64,000 bases of DNA from Ramazzottius varieornatus (taxonomy: Eukaryota > Animalia > Tardigrada): positions 997,036-1,061,035 of the forward strand of contig BDGG01000015.1 in the NCBI GenBank assembly GCA_001949185.1, in the 5' to 3' direction. This document shows positions 54,856 through 64,000 of this stretch, one piece after another. The position numbers and the translations under genes are program-made. Under the pieces are notes generated by a model that saw only the letters and a program-made list of their open reading frames with translations, had not been told where the DNA came from and did no database searches. Numbering within the stretch: the stretch's first letter is position 1; every line of letters starts with the position of its first letter.

Positions 54856-57800
54856 ATGCAGGGCGATATAGCATCGTGTGAAGGATTTCTACTGGTCATC
54901 AGCGAGTTCGGTCGCATCATCTACGTCTCGCAATCAGTCCTCCAACAAGTGGGTTTCGCCCCATCGGACCTGACGGGCCACTCGTGGTTCTCGCTGTTGC
55001 ATCCGGACGACCAAATTGAGGCAAGAGCCCACCTGAAGCATGCGGTCAGCAAGTGTACGACTCTTTGCGAGGGTAGTGGCCGACGTTTAGCAAAGAGTTC
55101 TTCCTTGAACGATATGCGGAAAGAGGAGCAAGAGAAGGCTGATGGAGCGGAGGAGGAAATGAGTCGGATCTTGAAGGCCCGTCTGGTGCAGGGCAGTCGA
55201 GGACCCAGTTGGCAGGCCCCATCATGCCCAACTAACCCTCCTCCTCATGACGCTCATGCCATCTCCTCCTCCCTTCACTCCACTTCCGACGCATCCTTCT
55301 CCTACCGCCCCTTTACCTTTACTGGAGCAGCCAGGAAGATAAAGCACTCGCCATCACACAACCATCTCAGCGATCCTTCTTCCCTACCCACAAGTAAGGT
55401 CCACGCTCCAACTTCACTGCCTCTATCCTTGTTGCATGTCCAATATTCCAAACAAGGACAAATGCAACCGATAAAACAAGTTCAAAGCTTGAAGAAAGAA
55501 CAATGCTCAACCATCTCTAAAACATTGCTTTCTTTGAAGGAAGAAATCAACTTTGCCAAATTGTTGTGTATAAACTGCGTTCCTTCTTTCAAAGTCTTAG
55601 TTTCACTTTGAATTTCTAGACCTTGATATCATTCTTTAAGAATCGATCTTTTCAAGAGGGTACTGGGTTTGCGGTTGGTTATGGCGATTTGCGCTTTCAG
55701 GGTTGGACATTGTTTGGGTTGGACTAGGAATGGCATCTAAGAGTAGCAGCAGGCACAATGTCAGCCAGCAGTCGCTTGCAAGCGCCAGCCAGCCGGCTTA
55801 TTGCGACGCATCATCCCTTTCCGCTGGCTCAAGGACGAATAATCAGTCGCCTGCCACTTCACCCTTGACACACTTTGTAATACGCCATGATCTCAATGGG
55901 CGCATGACGTGGGTGGATGATCGGTAATTACAGTTATGGCCATGCTGTGCGCCACAGTATCGATTGGCCTGCAAACGGCCCTTCCAGCAACCCACTCCAC
56001 AATACTGATCTACCCTTGTGCCTTTTTAGGTGCCGGCTCTTTACTGGTTACGGAGCCGAAGAGCTGATAGGCACAAGCATTTTCGACCATGTCTCCCGAG
56101 AGGATATCCCCTACCTCCAACTTCAATATGATCACTGTAGGTCGACTAGACTTTCCTCTTTCATAAACGGTACCACATCAGATATTTCACTCGTCTTCGC
56201 AATGTCTCCAGCCCTTCAAGGCATATCGATTTGTTCCCCTTGCCTTGTGAGCTAGATGGTAGTCGGCCTGCTTGCCGAGATAATGACGAGTCCCAACGGA
56301 CTCGCTGCAACTCCAGTTGCCATAATATCCAATTTTGACTTTCGAGTGCTCAACAACATCTTACTTCAAGAACCTATTATCCAACTTCGGGAAAAAATAA
56401 TTAAGAACATTTTCTAATGATCCACAAGGCTGGAGTTTGGCTAGCATTGGAGAAGTGGTTTCTACGCCATAAAATGACCGTGTTATTCGCACGCAAAATG
56501 CAAACAGCCATGTTTGTACTGTAGGACTGTATTTACCACTGGACCTTTTATCATTCGCAGTGAAAACACAGCAAAGCGAGTCGATCGCCGCCGTTTATCG
56601 CTTCAAGCACGCGACTGCGCCGGCTTCCGATGGTCTTTCGGAAGATGTTAAATACGTTTATCTCAACTGTCGCGCCTACTTGGCCCTCAACCCCAACACA
56701 TTCCTACTGGATCAAATCGCATGTTTGGCGGCAGCTGAAACGTTAGTGCAAATTGAATTATAGACTGTTGTGAAAGCTGACATGTTGATCCATCTATCAA
56801 CATTACAGTGAAGAAGAAGGTCGTGCCGACGTTTCCAGACAGATGGAGGCGCTGAAGAAAGGCAGCCCGGCATCGAAACAGTGTCATGAAAAGACCCAGC
56901 TGACAATGACAAGTTGCTCGCTGGAGCATCTTATCGACAACGAGGCACAAGTCATCGGCAAGAGCTCGCCGATACAAAGTCCTGACAGCTCCAATATTCA
57001 TCCGGTCTCTCCGCAATCCGACGCTATCAGTGACACTTCCTCCTCTTCCCCCGCCAACGCTGTAGCCTTTCATCAAGCGCAAAATGTCAGCGCGGAGGCA
57101 GGAGCCAACGGCGGGGTCCATCATTCTCAAGTGGCCGTTATCGACAGTCAGTCCAGCCCGCCAAAGTCCACCAGCTCCGATAGCTCCGACTCGGCCAAAC
57201 AGAAACGTCAACGTTCCAAATCTGGTCAGCAACAGACGCACAATCAAGTACCGACAACGGGTGCAAATGCTCATTTAGAGCGAAGCCATACTGAGCCTCA
57301 TATCTTCAAGGAGGCAAAAGAAAATCACCCGCAAAATGTTGGGTCGAATATGCATGATAATCGAGCGGAATTCCACGACCACACCCATTCAGCTCTACAG
57401 AATTCATCACCAAACCTATACAGTATGTTGGTCCCTGACCCAAATCGACCGCCAAATCCTTCCTATCAGGTATTTTACAGTTATAGACCCTGTTTATGGT
57501 TCAGTGAGTTGGGTTTACGGTTTGTACCAGCACTTATTTATTCTTGTGATGATAGGAAGGAAATCAGCGCGGAAGGGGTTTCGACTTGCAACAAGGCCAC
57601 CCTCAGAACATGGCCAATAACATGTTCCATCAGCAACTGAAGGACAAGCATCGGTACCTGGAAGAAAGCATCAAAAACCAGGGCAATCACTTGCAGATGC
57701 TGCAACAAAAGCTGATGCAGCTGGCCGAACAGGCTGTCGGCATCTACCCGGTCGAGCTGCAACTGCAGCGCCCTCTGCACCGAGTTATGGAACTGCAGGT

Positions 57801-58638
57801 CCGTTCCATGGAGTTGGTACAGGGATAACGTAGAAAAATGCCAACTTGCGCCTTCTCCCTCTTTTCACTGACAGCTTGAATTATTCAGGCCCTTAAACTG
57901 TCTGGAGCTGGCAGAAACTATCTCTTACAAATTTGTTTTTGGTGGCAGGGAAGACTCAACAGACACAGAGATCAAACCCTTCAACAGCGCGCCCAAGTCG
58001 ACATCGCCACCAGGGTGGTTCCCAATCGAAGTCAAAAGTTATCGAGCGGTGGTGAAAGCACTCAGCGTAGTCATCGCCGGCAAACACCCAGCAATCCTCC
58101 GCGACCCAATTCCGTCTCTGTTCCCTGCCAGCTGAACCGCAAGTCAAGTCTACCTGTCACAAACTCCGATACAGCAGCCAACCTCCCAGCCAACAATGTC
58201 GACCGGCAAGCCAGCGAAGCGCAAAGCACAGATGGCCTTCGCTCGGCATCCTCCGCCTCATTACCCCTAGATGGCTCCGCCGTCTTCAACTCGGATGAAA
58301 ATGACCAGAATAACACTGCGCAGTATTCCCGCGTGGAAAACGCCCTGTCGCCACCCTTTGTCGATATGACCAGCACGCCGAAAGATTCGCAGCTGGACAA
58401 CCGATTCTTGCCCGACTTGGGCAACTCTACTTTCGACGACGACCTGCTGAATATGCCGTATATGGGAGCCGACTTTGAAGACAAGCTGTCGGAGCTGGAG
58501 ATGCTCTTCTCACCAGACTTTGGCAATTTCCCCTCGGACGTTCTGACTTTTCAGCCACAACCTCAGGCGCCTCAAGGCAGTCCGTCGCTCAAGCGAGCTC
58601 CATCGGCTCACAGCGAACCTCTCAATGCCGCCTCGTGA
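54856..58638 (+). CDS. CLOCK/NPAS2-like PAS-PAS protein, no bHLH exon found
   Basis: PAS-A EGFLLVISEFGRIIYVSQSV..SDLTGHSWFSLLHPDD. PAS-B FVIRHDLNGRMTWVDDR|..TGY.AEELIGTS.FDHV..D..YRF. Exon-19-like coil QQLKDKHRYLEESIKNQGNHLQMLQQKLMQL. 5' end uncertain. Confidence 0.72.
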
Positions 58639-59179
58639 AAGACGGCCTGACTGACATTTTATACTAAACTTATCGCGCTTTAAAGGCTACTTTCGCCAGT
58701 CACTTTGCTTCCTTCATTTATAGAATGCTGTCCAAAGCTCGCTTTCATTAGTAACTTGAATATGGCTTCCGACTAACGCTTTCTGTGCTTCACTGCCTTC
58801 GCTACCTTCCTTTCAGACTTCATGGGATTACAAATGGCTTTATTTTTATAAAACTTCTTGCTGTTTTTCTTATTGTCTAGTCAGGCTAAAATCAGCGTCC
58901 AAATCAAAAGCCGGTCCGCTTAAAAATTACTTAGCAAATGCTACTACCGGGGCATCGCTCGGACTGTGGTGCAGCCACAGAGCAAGCGAAAGATACAACC
59001 ACCTATAAAATCTGCCCATGTACAAGCACGGGACAGTCCTCGACACTGCTCCTTCCCACTGACAGTACCTACAGCTCGTACGCCATAATTAACAGATTAA
59101 AACATTGGAAAAGAATAACACCAAAACCCGATATAGGAGAAGGTAGGTTTCACCCGTCGGATCCCTCACTGAGTCCTTC

Positions 59180-61960
59180 TCATTCCGGTGTTCCCGTTAT
59201 GTGGACCACTGGCAACGGTGTGCTGCTGGGTGTCAAGCTAGTCGTGGGCGAACTTCCGGGAGACTCCTCAAGATCGCCAAGCATCTCTCCTGAAAGAGCG
59301 GAGCATAAAGAGGCTAACCGGAAGTCATCGCTTAACCAGCAGAAGCTAGCATCAATTCGTCATCACTTACCTGCTGGCTTGAGGACCAAAAAGTTCAAGA
59401 TGTCAGACAGCGATATCACTCCGACAACGTTGTTATCGTCATCGGTAATGACCAGGCGATGTACCTAAAGGTAGAGGGACAAGCGGTGAAATGCGCCGTA
59501 ATAATGTCAGATCATCACAAAGCTGAGTCCTTCCAACGTACCTCAGCTTTGACAATCATGTTCAAGACGTTGCCCAGAGTATCTTTCGTTGAACACGTGT
59601 GGACTCCTTCGAACCACTGTGGAGCAAAAAGGGCAATAATATAGAGATGACTACAATAGACACTACCAGCTTTGGAGCGGACAGCGCGAGGCCTTACCTC
59701 ATTGCGATGTTGCAAGGCTTGCTGAACCGTCACGTCCAAGTTGCTGTATGTCTTCTCCGCGGCAAGATTCTGTCAAGGACAATTTACAGTAACAAACTTC
59801 AGCTTTCGGAGAAGTATTACAACATCGGCTGGACTTACAATAACGTCAAATTTAGCGTAGATATCCACAACTTTACCAGTGTGGTCCACCACAGGTAGAG
59901 CTGAAACGGGCCGCGCAACGAACTTGGACAAGGCTTCGATCAGTTTGGTGTCGGGGTTAATCTGCAGCAAGATGTCTCTCTTAAGCCTCTTAGCCAAGGC
60001 ATCAGTGGCGGAGCGAACTTACGGTCTCGATGTTGGTGTAGGATCCCAGTTGGTCCCTCAGTTCGCCCAAGGTACGCAAAAGAATTTTGGGCAGTGGAAG
60101 ATCTGGATCATTGACGTTGACAAGGCCCATAGACTGCGTTTCGTGGGCATCACTAATACTCAATCGTATCCATTGGCCGAGCTAAACCAAACCCTGACGT
60201 CAGTACCTTGACACACACTGAAGAAAATGCATCCCTACCGGTGCAAAGGTTTGATTGGTTTGTAAGCTATGGACGGCGGTGGTAGTCTTGTAGACACGAC
60301 TGCTAGTCAAAAGTTTACACGGGTAGGGATGCATTTTCTACGCTGCAGATAAATGCACTGGAAGAAGACGAAAGGGAAAAGCTTACATAAATCATCATAA
60401 ACTTGATGATCCTCTTGTGCGTCAGAATATACAAAACGTTGCCCGTGGTGGAGTCTATGACGGGAAGACGGTGGACCTTGTTCTGCACCAGCATTCGGAC
60501 AGCATCACATAAACTGAAAGACACAAGCAACACGTTGTCACCTTGGGATTTCTACATAGGTGCCTTCGAGGTGGGTGCAGGTAGCCTTACCTAGCTTCTG
60601 GATTGATCCATACAAAGGGTCGCTGCCGCTCTTTCAGCACATCTCGCCATGTCTGGATCTTGTGCTCTTCCAACTCCTCGATCTTGCCCTGCACATCACA
60701 AAGTTGCTTATGCTTACCGAGAACCAGTCGTACCAACTCCCAAGTTGAAGAAAAAGCAGACCACCTATACCGGTACGGAGCCCGACTTGAAGTATTTGTG
60801 TAAAATGGCGATGAAGTCGGTAACGGTCAACATTCCTGCAGTTACAGAACTGTCTCCTTGTAGCGACATAATATTATACGGCTTCGGTGTACTTTACCAA
60901 CAAAGGTCTGTTTGGTGCTATCCCACAGCGGCGCTGCACGAACTCCTGCAACCAAGCCAAAGTTTCAACATCTTATTGCTGCACCGGTGGGACCACATGC
61001 TGTTGCAGGCGGCGTAGACTAGACGTACCATTGTAAACCAGGGCGAAAAAGGCTTTCTTGACAGAAAGCTGAGTATCAAAGACGACAAGTTTACTGCTGG
61101 TCGGTATTAAGTCGTAGCACGTATGAGCCTCCATGAAACGAGCAAATACTTCCAGTCCATCCCGATCTACAAGCACAACGGCTGATGAAGTTCAGTCATA
61201 GAATTTGGTGGGAGAAAGAAAGTAAGAATGAGTCTTGCGCTTACACAAATCTCCCTGAACACCGCCTTCCTCGAAGAGGATCTGCTCGGAGACCGGAAAC
61301 TGCAAACGAAATATCACCGTTCACGAAGACCAATCTAGCCAAAGCGCATCAGAGTTAGGCCTTACCGAGTGAACTTCTCCATCGGAATCACGGTAAATCA
61401 TGGCATTCGAATTGGAAGACAGCGTACCATCAACACTGCGCTGATGGGGGATCTTCAGGCTCAGCTGGTTGGCAGCCGACAGAGACAACATCCTGTCCCT
61501 CTCCAGATTCTTGTCGCCGTCGTGTCCCTGTCTCGTTCCCCCACCTCCCAGAACGGCTAAAAAGCGCAAGACATTTGACAGATTAATCATTTAGCAATCC
61601 AAATTAAAATTGACAATTGCATCGCTATTTTCCGTCGTTGATATTGAATTTTAATTATAAGAATTCACGAAGGGGGTTTGCACTATCTAAAACTCTGTAC
61701 GAGCTAAAGCGATGCTTCCTCGACAAAAGCCTACCTGGCTCGGAATATTTCCGCTTGTTCCTGCTGGCAAACTTGTTCAGCTGCTTTTGCAATCCTGCCA
61801 TACTACGTCGTCGATCTAAACTGGAAAATGCTTTACCGTGTTGGAGATCACTTGCTGGCTTTCCACGCTGTCCAGCTCCTCCTGCGTCGATGCCGATATT
61901 TCCTCTCCACGCTCCAAAATTCAGGGATGCAGCAGGAAGCTGCAGTTGTCTTGTGATGCT
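59180..61960 (-). CDS. PRKAG: AMP-activated protein kinase gamma subunit (4 CBS domains)
   Basis: [103 protein letters not shown] 59180-82. Start uncertain. Confidence 0.95.
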
Positions 61961-63397
61961 GGAAGAAAACAATGGGAAGCTTTATATATTGGGATGACAT
62001 CAGTGCGAGAAAAGTTGATAAACAAAATCAAACTGTGTGGACTGTGGAACGGGAGAAGCAGCTGTGTGGCCTGTAAAACTAGCAGTTCCACGATACCACA
62101 TTTCCCATATTAAGACTTCCACCTTCGTATTCCGCTGCCACCTGGGCGAAATGGTTCCAGGTCAATCCTGGACCCAAGCGGCTGTTAACTCCTGCGGACG
62201 TAAACTCAACCCGCTACATTTTCCCCGAAAAACGGTTTGGATTTTTTCTTTTGGTCTCTTTGATGTCCTGCGGGAAGATATCTGAAAAACAACGGACGGA
62301 TTCGAGAGTACAAGAAATGTGAGATTGCGAAGGCCTTGCGCTGTTGGAGTGGAAGTGGGATCTGCTTAGGTGGAGACGCCGTTCAGCCATGCTGGTTTGG
62401 AAAACGCATGTGGTTCAACTTGAAACAGTTTTTGGTCCCCGAAATCTTATGTCATGTTGACGATCGTCCGGAAGAGAAGTGATCATTTTGTCATCATGAG
62501 AACTTTTGTTCCTTTTGTAGTAACAAGAGAAGATATTTGATCTGGGAATACCTGCTGCGATATTAGGAAAATTGGAGTGTCAAAATTTGTATTACATCAA
62601 AGTGCAGTAGTTGAAGCTTCGCCTACTGCCAGGCTGGGCGATCTATGCTTGGTAGGCTTTGTTGTGGTAAGTCGCCTACTCTCCTTTATTCTTTACGTTG
62701 TGGTTTTGCTTGCGATGAATGTTGATCCCGTTTTTTCGGTGCGACACTCTGGCTACTCCTTCACTCTAAACTTACTTGTTTCTGTACTCCGTTCTGATCG
62801 TTGGGATGTTGTGTTACTACAGGCCCGGTCTACGGTGTAAGGCAGATACTACGGGGATGGATGTCGCTGCTTCCGATCGTACTCTCTAAGATGTTGAATG
62901 ACAAGTGTTCAGTCCATTTTGTTCCTAACCAAATCTTCATCATCCCACTCTGGTATCGATGCCTACACTCTCCACCACAGGTATGTCAGGTATCAGAATG
63001 GTTTCGCACGGTGACGGGATCTTGAAGAGGTTCAATCGTCGGTTTGTCAAATTCAGTCATTTGAGCTAATGTGGTAGCGTTGATTGGAGCAGTGCCAATA
63101 TTGCTACCTTCATTGAAACGTTCCGTTATATTTCAATGAAAAAGCAAAAGTGAGATTCAAATCCATTGTACCTCGATATTCTCTAAAAATGGGACTAGTT
63201 TTGAAGATGTTCCCCGCAGAGTACAGCAAGATTCCACTGGTTGCTCCAGCTGCATCTTCCGGACGAAGCTTCTGTTGATATTTTTATTGGTTGATTGTCC
63301 CTGTCGGTTTACATCTGTGATCCCTTTCCCTGTATCTCTCATCGTTCATATCTATCCATGAAGCATGACCCGTTGTTGTTTCTTTGCAGTGTCTGTG

Positions 63398-64000
63398 ATG
63401 GCTGAATCTAGTGCTGAAGGGCCTTTACTAAAGAAAGGCCGAAGTTCTCAAGGTAGTACAGGTGAATATGCCGTCTGTGTATACAGGAGACACAACAGCT
63501 ATCCCATCTGGCCAACTAACCAATGCGCTCCTCTCCTCCCGCAGATTTCACCGATCTTCTAAATGGGTTAGATGGCTTGGCTGGTTTGTTACCTGACGAC
63601 ATTGTCAACTCGGACAATGGCGGGTCGACGACAACAGCAAACGCTAGCAGCGGCAGCGGCAGCAATGGCCGCTCACATTTGGATGCCTTGTTGAATGGCA
63701 CGCCTGATCTCTCCACCAACAACCTTACCTCGGCCTCCTCCCAGGATCACTCTTCTGTGAGGCCACCCAGTAACTCCGGTACGATCTAACCTATTATCTG
63801 TCGTTGCACAAGAGGAAAATATGCATGTGCGGAGGAGAGTAGTAGAGTGAATGTTGAGGGGTTGCCTTCTTGCAGGGCAACAACGGCACCATGCGCAGTT
63901 GAGCCAGTTACTGGCCAACGCCAAGACCAACCAGCCCATGCCGCCGCAGATTGCTGTGGACGTCAACCACGCACCTCCCGCTGCATCGCCGGCCGGTGGC
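63398..64000 (+). CDS. CREBBP: CBP/p300-like histone acetyltransferase, N-terminal exons only (runs off the window)
   Basis: MAE..EGPLLKKGR; DFTDLL..L...LPDDIV; RHHAQLSQLL. These match the order of CBP/p300 N-terminal motifs (MAEN..GPP..KR; DFGSLFDLE.DLPDELI; KHKQLSELL). Confidence 0.68.

Noticed and set aside
60239-60303. Possible poison exon in AMPK gamma
   Set aside because: AG/GT boundaries and an in-frame stop exist, but nothing else supports inclusion.

Overview
Gene-dense eukaryotic DNA from a compact-genome bilaterian invertebrate, with roughly balanced GC and mostly 55-150 nt spliceosomal introns. A tardigrade-like source is a guess only. All gene models were spliced by eye. In order: uncharacterised low-complexity gene (-), POLDIP3-like RRM gene (-), SWEET sugar transporter (+), AP-1 mu1 (-), NAA35/MAK10 (+), a ~1,124-aa secreted Q/S/N/G-rich protein with an internally duplicated unrecognised domain (+), liprin-alpha (-), CNPPD1 (+), two tandem trypsin-like proteases (+, the first with a CUB domain), a decayed F-box gene (-), ETFA (+), AHR/spineless (-), NCOA4-like (-), a small multi-pass membrane protein (-), a decayed qRRM-like + F-box gene (+), a CLOCK-like PAS-PAS protein with no visible bHLH (+), AMPK gamma (-) and the 5' end of a CBP/p300-like gene (+). 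Repeats: two copies of a 266-bp Tc1/mariner-type MITE (one inserted in a 35-bp minisatellite), a CGATA-rich putative MITE, a TIR-bounded assembly gap and a foldback-like array. The best leads are the bHLH-less CLOCK-like gene, the secreted protein's duplicated domain, the two F-box relics sharing an intron position, and the NCOA4 with conserved iron/ferritin motifs. No rRNA, tRNA or CRISPR was recognised.
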